From positions 81,096,001-81,160,000 of the forward strand of contig OZ024746.1 of NCBI GenBank assembly GCA_964016885.1: a DNA stretch of 64,000 bases. The letters are read 5' to 3'. The DNA is from Eledone cirrhosa (Eukaryota). Made by a program: the position numbers and the translations under genes. Below are positions 10,226-22,225 of this stretch, one piece after another (within the stretch, counting starts at the first letter, position 1; every line of letters begins with the position of its first letter). The notes below the pieces were generated by a model that was given only the letters and a program-made list of their open reading frames with translations, was not told the origin of the DNA and did not search any database.

Positions 10226-11154
10226 TATTTTATTTATGTATATGTTTACTTCTTTTGTAGTTTTACTTTCTTTTTTTCTTGTGTCTACTTAAGAAAATAA
10301 ATAAAAAGTAAATTGATAAAGGTTTACAACATAACATAATTTTTCTATATATAATTAAATCCCTTACAGCTGTTGTATGTAGAAGATATTTCTGTATTTC
10401 TCTGTGTGTGATTGTGTGCGTTTTTGTTTGTGTTTGTGTATATATGTGCATGTTTGTGTAAGAGTGTATAAAAACGTGTGTATGCCTGTTTGTGTGTATA
10501 TATGTGTGCATGTGTGAGTGTGTCTGTGTGTGTATATCCTTGCACCACTGCCTATTTTTACCAGCCACCACCTACCCACAGGGGAGATAAGAAGAGAATA
10601 GACTTCTAGCTGTATTACCCTCCCTTCACTCCATCACCCCTTCCTGCTTCTTCCTTCATTGCTACTTTATCTTTTACATACCATTAATGTATGCTAATTA
10701 CCTTCAAATTTAGAAAACACACACACTTTTTTTAAATATATGCAGTTATCCCCCCTCTTTCCCTCTTCTTTAAAAAATAAGTAACTAAAAATTTAATCAT
10801 AGCTTCTATTGGAAAAAAAAAAAAAAAGAGATTCAATACAGCATTACAGATATATGAAAGTTTTTCAAAATTTCTTATAATAATACATCACACATCTCTC
10901 TGCCAGAGCTAAACTTGTTTAGTTTTTGTCCTAGCCCTACAATCTGTGTCACTTTCTCCTAGTTGTGCCCCATTCTTCCAAATAAAATAATTTCAACTTC
11001 TTTGGGGCATTTCTTGCTCTAACTTCACTAAGAAAGGTCATAACACCATACAGCCCCCTCTACCGCTTTCAATATTTCCACAAGCTGCTTCACAGCAAAG
11101 ATATTTAGTGACTTAGATATTTATTGATTTCAGGAAATTTTATATTTAATTTAA

Positions 11155-11374
11155 CCATTTAGCATTTAAACAGGCTTATCCAGCCAGAATTCTCTCACCT
11201 CTTTCTGCTCAAACTGGCTGTAATTGGCTGCTCATGCTGATGTTAACATATTGTTCTCAAAATGAATAATATCAAAATCTCATAGATTTGATATTATGTG
11301 AGATAATAATGTGAGTTAAAGGCTTTACCGTGAAAATATAATAGTAAATATAGAGTAATGTAAATGCTAAAGAG
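11155..11374 (+). mobile_element. TTAA-type MITE family 1, full length
   Basis: TTAA|CCATTTAGCATTTA...TAAATGCTAAAGAG|TTAA. Confidence 0.85.
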
Positions 11375-12139
11375 TTAATCATGCTAATATGTATAAAACT
11401 GTGATCCTTTAAGGTTCAATAATGTGTCTCAGTGATGTCTGTGCTGCCCTAACCCACTACCTAGTTGGCCTTACTTGTAGCACCAGCCCTGTTGACTACA
11501 CATATTCTCTCTTCTTTTGTTCTTCGCATTACTGTTCCCTATTCTCCATTCATTTTACATCTGCTTTCACATTTGCTTCAGTTTTCATCATCTTTTTGCT
11601 TCTTTTTTTTTACTTCTTACTCTTTCTCTCTCTTCTCTCTTTCCTCTCTCTTATTGTCTTTCTCTTTCTCTCTGCCTCTCTCAGTCATTGCTCTTCTTTC
11701 TCCATTTTAAGTCTCTACTACTTACCCTGATTATAATTCTAATCAATTTCTCTGTTTGTCTTTTTCTCCCTTTACCACTATCTAAGCTTTATTTATGGGA
11801 GACTAATGCTGTTGCACAGAATAATCTATTTTAAAAAAATAAAAACAAAAAAAGACACAAAAAAACACAAAAAACATGAGAGATTCACAAGAATATCAAT
11901 CAACCTAATTTCACAATTCTATTAAAAAAAAAATCTTTTTTAAATTTTTTCACATTTAAAAATCTTTTTTAAATTATTTATTTAAAAATGTTATTTCTAA
12001 AAACCACTACGTGATAGTAAGCACAAATAATGTATAATTCAAATAACTGTTTTGAAGAGTGGTTATCACTATAACATTGTATATAGAGTTACACAGGGAA
12101 ATAAATAGAATCTTGTATGAAATTAGTTCAAAATAAATA

Positions 12140-12578
12140 ATTGTTTCTACTTTAGGCACAAGGCCAGCAATTACCCAGTACATTACTGGTACTTTATTTT
12201 ATCGACCCCGTAAGGATGAAAGGCAAAGTTAACCTAGGCGGGATTTTATAGTAATATACAGATAATATAATATATACTAATCGTTCTACTTTTAGCACTA
12301 GGTCAGCAATTATCCCAGTGTATTACTGGTACTTTATTTTATCGACCCCGTAATGATGAAAGGCAAAGTTAACCTCAGCTATATAATGATATACACACAA
12401 TTGTTTCTACTATTGGCATGAGACCAGCAATTTCCCAGTACATTACTGGTACTCTATTTTATCGACCCCGTAAGGATGAAAGGCAAAGTTAACCTCGGTG
12501 GGATTTGAACTCAGAATGGCAAGGGCCGTAACTCTATGCGTCAAAGCATGGCGTCCGACCCTCTACCGATACTGCCAA
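12140..12578 (-). mobile_element. Three tandem family 1 SINE segments
   Basis: Three copies of the SINE 3' half separated by short TAATATA spacers; the last copy extends to the A box. Confidence 0.88.
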
Positions 12579-13050
12579 CATAATATAGTATATAATAATA
12601 TACACAAAATATAGTATATACTAATATACTTATGATATATAGTAATATAAACAAAATATAGTATATACTAATATATAGTAATATAAACATAATATAGCAT
12701 ATAATAATATACACATAATATAATATATAGTAATATACACATAATATAGTATATAATAATATACACATAATATAATATATAGTAATATACACATAATATA
12801 CACATAATATAGTATATAATAATATACACAATATAATATATAGTAATATACACATAATATAGTATATAATAATATACACATAATATAATATATAATAATA
12901 TAATATATAGTAATATAAACATAATATAGCATATAATAATATACACAATATAATATATAGTAATATACACATAATATAGTATATAATAATATAGCCATAA
13001 TATAATATTTTAGTAATATATTCATAATATAGTATATACACATAATATAG
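12579..13050. repeat. AT-rich minisatellite (ATATAGTATATAATAATATACACATAATATAATATATAGTAATATACAC-type units)
   Basis: Direct reading; explains the Y/I/C-rich ORFs at 12541-13043. Confidence 0.9.
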
Positions 13051-13054
13051 TAAA

Positions 13055-13345
13055 GCTAAAGATTCCCTTCAGTGACGAATGACCATGGGATTTTCACCTA
13101 GAAAGTTACCCTCTGAGGCAGAAGCCTCCCCACTCCATGCCAGCAATGTTTCCAAGAGAAAGGCAAAGACTTATACATTTTAACAACAATGACATTGCAA
13201 CTCATTCCTACAGCTGAGTGAACTGAAGAAATGTGAAATAAATTGTCTCACTCAGGGACACAACACACACTTCCCAGTCTGAGAATTGAACTCACAAGTT
13301 CACGATTATAAGCCCAATGCTCTAACCACTAAGCCATGTTCCTCC
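13055..13345 (-). mobile_element. tRNA-derived SINE family 2 (CORE-like)
   Basis: Minus GGCTTAGTGGTTAGAGC (A box)...GAGTTCAATTCTC (B box)...TCCCTGAG...TTTATTTCACATT; related copies near 43610-43920, 48590-48731, 53095-53380, 57700-58003 and 58430-58730. Confidence 0.75.
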
Positions 13346-13832
13346 ATACGTAATATAATATATAGTAATATAAAACATATTGCTTAGTGAAACATTTTAG
13401 ATCATATTGCCTCATTTACATTCACAAACTAGTCACATATATATATTCACAGCTGTTAACCACAACTTGTCCTAAATTTATGCATAGATATATGAATGCA
13501 TGCACACACACACTCACACACACACACATTTCTGCATGTGTATGTGTTCTAGGTATTTCATATTACAAGCGTAAGAAAAGCCAGTTTTAAATGAGCACTC
13601 GATACAAATCATTTGAGAATATATATATTTTATTAATATTATTTAACCTTTACAAAGAAAACTTTTATTTGAAGCTGAGACTTTACTTCATAATTACTTT
13701 GAGTTGTTGTATTTTGTTACTTGAAGAACATAATATAAACTAAAAAAACTCAGAGTAGCAATAGAGTAAAACCTCCATTTTGAATAAATAAACTCTGTCT
13801 ATTGTGTATTTTTCTTTCTCATTTCTACAACC

Positions 13833-13918
<86 letters not shown>

Positions 13919-14332
13919 CTCACTCAGACACACATGTACATATACACACATTTACTTAGATGTGTTACCATATATAGGCTTCCATCTGTCTAGATAATGC
14001 ACCTATATTGTATAGCCCTCAGCAGATAAGATCCTGTGTTGCTACCTTATTAAATGTATTTCTCAACTTTATCAGCATAATGCAATCGACTCTGCTGCTT
14101 ACCAGTCAACAGTAACATGGTGCACACACTGTGTGGTGATATTATAACAATGTGGTGATATTATAACAATGTGGTGATATTATAACAATGTACAAACAAA
14201 GACCCTATGGATTAAAAATCAAAATTTTCATCCTTCTTTTGTCTATGAATCAATATATTGTCTTTTATATATACTGTAATACTTATGGAGATAGTCTATC
14301 ACTCTTTTTCTTGGAAGATTCATTAAATTATA

Positions 14333-14427
14333 TAGAATGAATATTTATTTGTAGATTATTATAAACTTCTAATTAGACTAGAATGAATATTTATTTGTAG
14401 ATTATTATAAACTTCTAATTAGACTAG
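14333..14427. repeat. Perfect 46-bp tandem duplication
   Basis: TAGAATGAATATTTATTTGTAGATTATTATAAACTTCTAATTAGAC twice; a 19-bp x3 repeat lies nearby at about 14132-14190. Confidence 0.9.
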
Positions 14428-15152
14428 ACTAGTATCAGTAGACACATTATCAAAAAAGAATTTGAAGTTCACAGAATAATCAACAATGAATCCAAAATTT
14501 TAGTTGGTGTGGGTGAATACAGAACTCTGCTGCCAAACAAGAAGTTGTATGCTTGATATGCAGAAAGGGAATAGATAAAAACTGTATATTGTGTACCTAA
14601 TGTAAATAATTGTGTCTACTTAAGACACAAAATCATTAATTTGAGGGAGAGGAAAGTCAATTAAATCAATCCCAGAAGGATGACAGGCAAAGTTGGTGTC
14701 AGTGGGATTTAAACTCAGAGCATAAAGAACTGGAAGAAATACCAGAGAATATTTCAGCCGACATTCTAACGACTCTGCCAACCCACCACCCTCATGTGAT
14801 GTGAATAATGGGTGCAAAAATGGTGCAGAGAATCTCAAATAAACTAAGATAGAAGGAAGGCTTCATATGTAACAGATGTATAGGAATGGTTAGCAGTAAG
14901 AGCTCCAATACAATGTGATTTACCAACTGCCCAGAAGACTCATTAGAAATTGTTGACAGTTTCTGTTACTTAGAAAATCTAATCAGTAATGGAAATTGGT
15001 GATGCAAAAGCATAATAGAGTTAGGATGGAGTGGGTTGCTTTGCCTTCATCCTTATGGGATCAATAAAATAAAGTACCAGTCTTGGACTGAAGTCGATTT
15101 AATCGACTTTCCCCTCTCCTAAAATTGTTGGCCTTATGCCTAAATCAGAAAC

Positions 15153-15183
<31 letters not shown>

Positions 15184-15206
15184 TTATTATTATTATTATG
15201 ATTTAA

Positions 15207-15414
15207 CCCTTTAGCATGTAAACCAGCCATATCCAGCCAGAATTTTCTCACCTCTTTCTGTTCAAATCGGACCTAACTAGCCACTCATACTGATGTCAAG
15301 GTATTGTTCACAAAATAAATAATATCAAAATCTCATAGATTCGATATCATGTGAGATAACATTTAAGATAAAGCCTTTACTGCTAAAATACAATAAAGAA
15401 TATAGAGTAAAGGG
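15207..15414 (+). mobile_element. TTAA-type MITE family 1
   Basis: TTAA|CCCTTTAGCATGTA...TAAAGGG|TTAA, right TIR partly deleted. Confidence 0.8.
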
Positions 15415-15737
15415 TTAAGAAAATACAATGCAACATCATAATCTGAATGTTTAGATATTGAAATACACATCTTTAATATTACATATAAAATGTACATACA
15501 CACACACGTACACACATACTTACACATACACATAAATTCATACACACACTAGAGAGTCAGTCGAGGTGGAAAGGAAGGGTGGGGACATTTGTAAAACAGG
15601 ATATATATAGATAAAATATATTTATAAATGTAGGAAATTTGACAATGTAGTAATAATGACTTCGCTTCCTGAATATGCCTGATGACGATGTTGAAGACGT
15701 AGTAAAACAAGGAGTGTGTGAGACATTAGTTATTATA

Positions 15738-16020
15738 CATCATCATCATCATACGTCCATTTTTCACGCTAGCATGGGTTAGACGAGTTGTCTTGTGGGC
15801 AATGCCAGGTCAGATGACCATGTCTTGTTCATACAGAACTGATTCTGGCTTGATTTCTACAGCTGGATGCCCTTCCTAATGTCAACCTCATTTACTGGTT
15901 GTTTTTTTGTGACACCTACACAACCACTTTACAGTGTGGACTGGGTGATTTTTGTCGTGACACCTACACGACCACTTTACAGTAGGGGTGGGGGCATACT
16001 GTCTATATGCTTCAGCTTTG
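15738..16020 (-). mobile_element. SINE-like family 3 with RTE-type tail and (GAT)n end
   Basis: Reverse complement of 61530-61835 (AAGCACCCAG...AGGAAGGGCATCCAGCTGTAGAAATC...CTAACCCATGCTAGCGTG...GATGATG); the tail resembles the RTE 3' end at 17612-17670. Confidence 0.75.
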
Positions 16021-16259
16021 GCCTGTATATAATTAAATAAATTCATTATATTCTATTACTGGCTTCAGTCATTAGACTGTGAACATGCTTGTGCACTACC
16101 ATGATTTAATCAATCATATCGAACCCAGCACTTATTTTTTTCAAATCTAGTACATATTTTATCGAGCTCTGTTTGTCAAACCACTAAGTTATAGAACATT
16201 ATCACAGACATATACAAAAACATAGACATAGACACATATGTTAACACATATATACATAC

Positions 16260-16310
16260 AGATGGAAGAAATAGGAGCTGGAACTTTAAAGTCACTGCCA
16301 CCTTTCTCAT
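16260..16310 (-). CDS. Candidate 51-nt internal coding exon of an unidentified minus-strand gene
   Basis: Minus TTTATTTCCAG|AT GAG AAA GGT GGC AGT GAC TTT AAA GTT CCA GCT CCT ATT TCT TCC ATC T|GTATGT = (D)EKGGSDFKVPAPISSI; symmetric phase 1-1, compatible with the donor at 19918. Confidence 0.5.
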
Positions 16311-17108
16311 CTGGAAATAAATTTTACATTCTGTTCACATGTATTGAGTGCTCATTTCGTTAATGTTTCAATCTTTTAAGTTTACTAGTTTTAAAAAAAC
16401 CTCTTCAGTATATGTACATACATAGACAGCCCAATGATTATATTTTTCTTCCCAAACTACCAAAACACACATATATTTGTATATATGCTACAATTTATGC
16501 ACATGTTATGTTTATTGCATATCAAAGTTTTTTATATCCTGGTTGATACTTGATAATAACAGTTAAACTAATCACTACAACTAAATCGACCAAATTTGAC
16601 CTCCCTAATTCAGAAATGCTTCCACCGCCTCTGATAGATACACACACACACACATACACACACATATTAGACCGTACATAAGTGAGATGCAGACTGGCCT
16701 GTCTCAGTACTGAATTGGTCTATGAAGACCTGTCCACCCTTTGCTAGCAGGGAAAGATGACATTAAAAATGACAATGATGATGATGATGGTGATGGTGAT
16801 GATGGTGCTGCTGCTGGTGTTGTTGCATGTGTTGTTGAATATAAAACATAAATAAATTTATTATATGTCATTATATTAAATGCAATATTTAATCTCTTAT
16901 TTATGATGAAGACATTACACTTAAACATAAAAATGGTTCACAAGTAGAAAACATATTATATAATAAATGTATTTCTAATTTATATCTTATCACCTGCAGA
17001 CAATTTTGCTACATTGTACATGAACATGCATATATATGTGTGTGTATATGTATATATGTACATACATATATATATATATGTATGTGTGTATGTATATGTA
17101 TATGTGTG

Positions 17109-17173
<65 letters not shown>

Positions 17174-17369
17174 ATGTATGTGTGCGTATATGTGTTATTT
17201 ATGTAACTGACTGAAATTACATAAAAATAAAATGATTTTTAATGAGAAAAATGAAATTATGTATTTCTATAAAACCACTTTAATTTGATTGGTCCATTCA
17301 AATTTACTTTTGTGAAAAGAAGAATTTATTGAATACTTAGTTACCTCATAGCAATCATAATATAATAAG

Positions 17370-17595
17370 CACGTGGATGAAGAATGATTTGTGAAGTAGT
17401 GCCTGGTGATTCTAGTTGAAGGAAGCTGCAGTAGAGGAAGACTGAGAAAGACTGAGGTAATTAGAGCTGATCTCAAAATATTGAACCTCACAGTGGAGAT
17501 GACAAAGGCATTACAAATGGAGGGAGTCTGTGCTGGAAATGACCCATTCAACCCATATCAACATGGTAAAACAGTTGTAAAATGTTGATGATGAT
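17370..17595 (+). mobile_element. Old RTE-clade LINE 3' fragment
   Basis: VEGSCSRGRLRKT..IRADLKILNLTVEMTK is a decayed version of the neighbouring RTE tail; ends in GAT repeats. Confidence 0.7.
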
Positions 17596-17611
17596 CTTGG
17601 TATAGAACATC

Positions 17612-17950
17612 AACATCATCATCATCATTTTACGTTCGCTTTTCCCTGCTTGCAAGGGTGGGGCGGGTCCTATTCAGCACATCATCTCTCCACTTGTCAC
17701 GGTCCTTCGTCATCTCCTCCGTGAGCTTCAGTGATCTGAGGTCTGCTCTCGCCACCTCCGCCCATGTTTTTCGTGGTCTTCCTCTACTGCGTCTTCCTTC
17801 TACTGGCATTTCTTGGCACTTCTTTACCCAGCGGTCATCCTCCATGTGCATCACATGTCCATACCATCGCAGTCTTCTCTCCCGCACACTACAACTTATC
17901 CCTCTTAAACACAGTTTCTCTCTCAACACACCCATGGTCAGTCGTTCACG
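17612..17950 (-). mobile_element. Younger RTE-clade LINE 3' fragment
   Basis: RERRLRWYGHVMHM...WVKK...VEGRRSRGRPRKTW is the diagnostic RTE C-terminus; (GAT)n tail; tail-to-tail with the older copy. Confidence 0.9.
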
Positions 17951-18870
17951 TACATGTAGAATATTATTATGTAGAAATGAGGATACTAAAAATCATAAAA
18001 TTCTGGCAAGTCTACCCAAAACAGAGGTTCCTAACATGGGGTAAATGCAATACTCATGAGATAAATCTGTTCTTAATGAAAATGCACCCTATTTCATTTA
18101 ATTATTGAAGAAATTTGAGGATTCTACTAATTATTTCATCTGTGACCATCTCATGTCATTTTCAGACTATATTATCCAATGTGTTCTTTCATTTTCTTTT
18201 TAAATGGCAGGGTGTGGTTTGTGGTAAATTTGACTGTTATTTCTAGCAGGTCAATTGATCACATACAACAGATTAACAAGATCTAAGAAATTCAAACTAC
18301 AGATCATAAAGTAAATCAACAAATAATTCAGTAATACTTTGAAAAAAAATCCCAATAATTTCAATTGTCTCCCACTAATTTCCCAATAATTTCACAAGCA
18401 TAATTTTAATAAAATTTTGTATTTAACCATTTTATAATCATATTTCTAATGAAATATACTTTATTTTAATTACACAAGAATTTTGAGGGACTTACTAATT
18501 ATTTCCTTACTAAGATAGTAATTTAATATATTGTTCTTATGGTTCTTACATAAAAATATTTTGGAAGGTTTTAATTTAAATAGGAACCCTTTAAACGGGT
18601 AGTTTTGTTTCATAGATCCATAGTCAGTTTTAGTTGGGTTGGTATCAAAAGGGATAAGTTTCTCCAGCAACACACAGACCCTTGAAAGATAGGTTTACAG
18701 TAGAGGTTTATTTTTATATGAGATAACTGTTTCAAGTTTTAGTAGTAGCTCAATTAGCAAAGCATCTAACCAGCAGGTGAATGTTATGATTCTGGCAACA
18801 AATATTGAGTATTATGTTTACTTAATAGATCACTTCTCTCTTTGATTTCATAAGTAATACATGTAATGTA

Positions 18871-19012
18871 ATGTATATATATATATATATATGCATACAT
18901 ACACATACTCACACATCACACATACATATATATCATATATATATATATATACACACACACACATGCATATATCATATATATACATACATATACTCACATA
19001 TACATATATATC

Positions 19013-19043
<31 letters not shown>

Positions 19044-19092
19044 TGCATATATCATATATATACATACATATACTCACATATACATATATATC

Positions 19093-19123
<31 letters not shown>

Positions 19124-19188
19124 TGCATATATCATATATATATATACATATACTCACATATACATATATATCATATATATATATATAT
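18871..19188. repeat. Compound microsatellite with a ~62-bp higher-order unit, about 3-4 copies
   Basis: (CA)n-TGCATATATCATATATATACATACATATACTCACATATACATATATATC-(AT)n repeated. Confidence 0.85.
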
Positions 19189-19481
19189 TTGTATGTGTAT
19201 GAGCATTTATGTGTGTAGTTGTTGTAGGCTGATAATACAGCTCCCCTAAGATTTCAGTTATTAAATGATATGGAGACTAGCTGGTATCTAGATGAAAAAC
19301 TGCTTAAGAAAACAAGTCTAAATAGTAACTGAGTGATTCAGCCCCTTAAACCCTCTTGTCTAGCTTATCTCATTGTATGTGCTATAAAAGTTTGCTCTTC
19401 TCAGCAAATGGGAGGGTGTTACCAAAACGCCTTACACAGCCATACCTCTTCCATCCTCGGTGAAAGACCATTCAATATATA

Positions 19482-19669
19482 ATTGTTTCTACTTTAGGCA
19501 CAAGGCCAGCAATCACCCAGTGCATTACTGGTACTTTATTTTATCGACCCCGTAAGGATGAAAGGCAAAGTCAACCTCGGCGGGATTTGAACTCAGATCG
19601 TAAAGGGACGTAACTGTGCTGCAAAGCATGGCGTCCGACCCTCTACCGATGCTGCCAATCCACCGCCCC
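19482..19669 (-). mobile_element. Full-length young family 1 SINE with TSD
   Basis: TSD TCAATATATAAT at 19472-19483 and 19670-19681; CpGs retained. Confidence 0.93.
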
Positions 19670-19918
19670 TCAATATATAATGCAAGGAAATAGATTTGCA
19701 TTTTCTTTTGTCATTGTACGACAAACGCTAAAGGATGTTTCAGGAAAATATTTAAACATTTCAAAGTTTATCCTATTTCCTATGGCTTACATAATTTATC
19801 TGAATAGCAGTGAAACCCCTACTTTTGGCTCTATTTTATCCAAGGTAAGTTTTTCATTGACCTAAAAAACAACAACAAAAAAACAGAACACTCAACTGAT
19901 TAGCATGCAGTCACTCAC

Positions 19919-19976
19919 CAACAACTCCAACAGATTTTCTGTCTCCTCTCTTTGTTTCTGTTACTGATACTACCAT
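19919..19976 (-). CDS. Candidate first coding exon of an unidentified minus-strand gene
   Basis: GAGGCC-ATG-G strong Kozak context with an in-frame TAA 15 nt upstream; MVVSVTETKRGDRKSVGVV plus G|GTGAGT consensus donor, phase 1. Confidence 0.5.
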
Positions 19977-20165
19977 GGCCTCTGTTCTTTAGAGTTAGCT
20001 GCTCTTGTAACACATCTACTCAAGCATTCTCAACTTGTCTCTCCACCTCATTTTAGGCATGCATGTTTCATCCACCCCACTTCCAAGTCCATTACTCTAA
20101 ACATTATACTCAGAACGGCATGCCACAGGAATTCCTTCCTCTAACTGTTAGTTGTATCTATTTAA

Positions 20166-20484
20166 CCTGTTGACTGCCGCTTGTATTTGACACAGCTACT
20201 GTTGCTGTGCCGTTTTTTTTTGTTTGTCTTTTTCCAGTAAAATGAATATTTTTTTAAACAAACATTTATCAACAACACATCACTGAATGGTTGACAAATG
20301 TCCCAACAATAAACTAGTAACCTCATCTAGCTTTGAAGTTATGATCTGTTGGAAATGAGTTCATAACTTTGAAGTTATGAACTGTTGGAAACAAGTTAAA
20401 ACATATTAGGGCGAGTTATCTCATCCGTAGTACTGGAATGCATACATGTTAGGTCGAGTTATCTTGTCTGCAGCACTGAAGAGG
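20166..20484. mobile_element. TTAA-flanked MITE (third family)
   Basis: TTAA|CCTGTTGACTGCCGC...GCAGCACTGAAGAGG|TTAA, imperfect TIRs; internal short direct repeat at 20331-20392. Confidence 0.6.
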
Positions 20485-20549
20485 TTAAGATGGATAAACA
20501 TTAACAGTGTCAATTTCAATAGTCTTTGAATGCATCTAATGGTCTTAGT

Positions 20550-20609
<60 letters not shown>

Positions 20610-20657
20610 CATGATGATGATGTGGGTGTATGTGTTTGTGTGTATGTATGTATATAT

Positions 20658-21042
20658 AATTGTTTCTATGTGTGGCACAGGGCCAGAAATTACCCAGTAC
20701 ATTACTGGTACTTTATTTTATCGACCCCGTAAGGATGAAAGGCAAAGTTAACCTCGGCGGGATTTGAACTCAGAATGGCAAGAGCCGTAACTCTATGCGT
20801 CAAAGCATGGCGTCCGACCCCCTACCGATACTGCCAATCCACCGCCCTTTATGTATATATATATAATTGTTTCTACTTTTGGCACAAGGCCAGCAATTAT
20901 CCCAGTGTATTACTGGTACTTTATTTTATCGACCCTGTAAGGCAAAGTTAACCTCGGCGGGATTTGAACTCAGACCATAAAGGGCCGTATCTCTTTGCTG
21001 CAAAGCATGGCGTCCGACCTTCTACCGATACTGCCAATCCAC
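20658..21042 (-). mobile_element. Two tandem young family 1 SINEs
   Basis: Copies at 20658-20847 and 20865-21042 with A and B boxes. Confidence 0.92.
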
Positions 21043-21124
21043 AATGATGATATATATATATATATATATATGTAAGTATGTATGTATACGTACATACATA
21101 TATGTATACAGACGTACAGTAGCA

Positions 21125-21184
<60 letters not shown>

Positions 21185-21186
<2 letters not shown>

Positions 21187-21517
21187 CAGGTACACATACA
21201 TATATGCACGTATCAGTTTAGCGGACGCTTATTATAACGCCGCTTTGTTTGTTTGTAAACAAACTGAACAGCCTGAATTTATGCCATACGGTGTTAAGGC
21301 AACCACGTCACCTTTTTGTTCAACACTGACACAGGAACGATGTACTAGTTTCAAGCTTGTTAGCTATCATCAGCACCATATACCCTTCTGCCAGATAGTT
21401 GAACGTTCGAAAGTATATACTTTCCTTATGAAAATTAACGGCTGAGCAGCCTAATTTGCATATCGAGTGATAAGTACTAAGAGTGAGAAATGAAATTTCG
21501 TTTTCATTTTATTTCAA

Positions 21518-21520
<3 letters not shown>
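21185..21520 (-). mobile_element. CpG-retaining Penelope-like/retrozyme-like remnant between two (TA)n tracts
   Basis: About 335 bp of non-coding, CpG-rich sequence sharply bounded by (TA)n; contains a hammerhead motif. Confidence 0.6.
21337..21379 (-). ncRNA. Minimal type I hammerhead ribozyme
   Basis: Minus AUGGUG-CUGAUGA-U-AGCU-AACA-AGCU-U-GAAAC-UA-GUA^-CAUCGU. Exact CUGAUGA and GAAA core, stem I 6 bp (2 G-U), stem II 4 bp with U/U at its base, palindromic ACUAGU stem III, GUA cleavage triplet. Confidence 0.8.
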
Positions 21521-21565
<45 letters not shown>

Positions 21566-21637
21566 CACTAAGTGATGTCACTGTTTATAACCTGTAAATA
21601 TTCATGGTTTATAAACTCAACACACACATACTCATAC

Positions 21638-21808
21638 CTTATTAGTTTAAAGATAGAATTGATATGTTAATGTATAAGGAAGAACTTCGCCCTCACTTCA
21701 CAGGAAATGTGGATCCCTCTCATCTGTGAAGAGTGGCCTGTACCAACAGATGTAGCTTCCTGTCCAAGAAAAAAGAAGTTTTAAGTGGAGTGGCAATAAC
21801 TCCTTGAC
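21638..21808 (-). other. Candidate non-coding (5'UTR) exon of the minus-strand gene
   Basis: Acceptor T12-ACCAACAG|G at 21809/21808 and donor AAG|GTATGA at 21638/21637; 171 nt of unique sequence with stops in all three frames. Confidence 0.55.
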
Positions 21809-22225
21809 CTGTTGGTAAAAAAAAAAAAGTTATAAAAGAGCAGAATGAACAGGATAATGATAGCAGTGGTGTGTGAGGGTAGTGGTGCTGGGGCGGTATA
21901 ATGGTGGTAGTGGTGTAAGAATAATGGTGGTGTAAGGGTTATGGTGGTGGTTGAGGATGATGGTGGTGTAACAATAGTGGTGGTAGTGGTGGTGGTGTGA
22001 CAATGGAAGTAGTGTGACCATGTAGAAATGTAAGTGTAAATATCAACAATAAAATAGAATTATAATTAAAACAAAGAATGATTGTGACAGTGTGTGTGTT
22101 TGCGTGTGCGTTATGAGTGTGTGGGGATATGTATGCTTATGTGAGGATGTGTGAATGTGTGGGGTGGAGCATGTGAATGTGTGTGTCTGTGTGAAGATTA
22201 AAGATTGAATACATATGTTAATAAA

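Noticed and set aside
11422-11834. Hydrophobic membrane-protein-like ORFs
   Set aside because: CT-rich low-complexity tract open in three frames, with no splice or homology support.
12541-13043. Y/I/C-rich ORFs, and the similar H/T/Y/I ORFs at 3785, 10263, 17014, 18871, 20526 and 47162
   Set aside because: Translations of (CA)n, (TA)n and AT minisatellites.
14098-14130. Minus-strand donor G|GTAAGC as the next exon of the unknown gene
   Set aside because: The phase-1 continuation hits TGA within 8 codons and the acceptor lies beside a tandem repeat.
15545-15735. CpG-containing unique segment as a coding exon (MPDDDVEDVVKQG...)
   Set aside because: No convincing splice-site pair on either strand, and the frame runs into a SINE tail.
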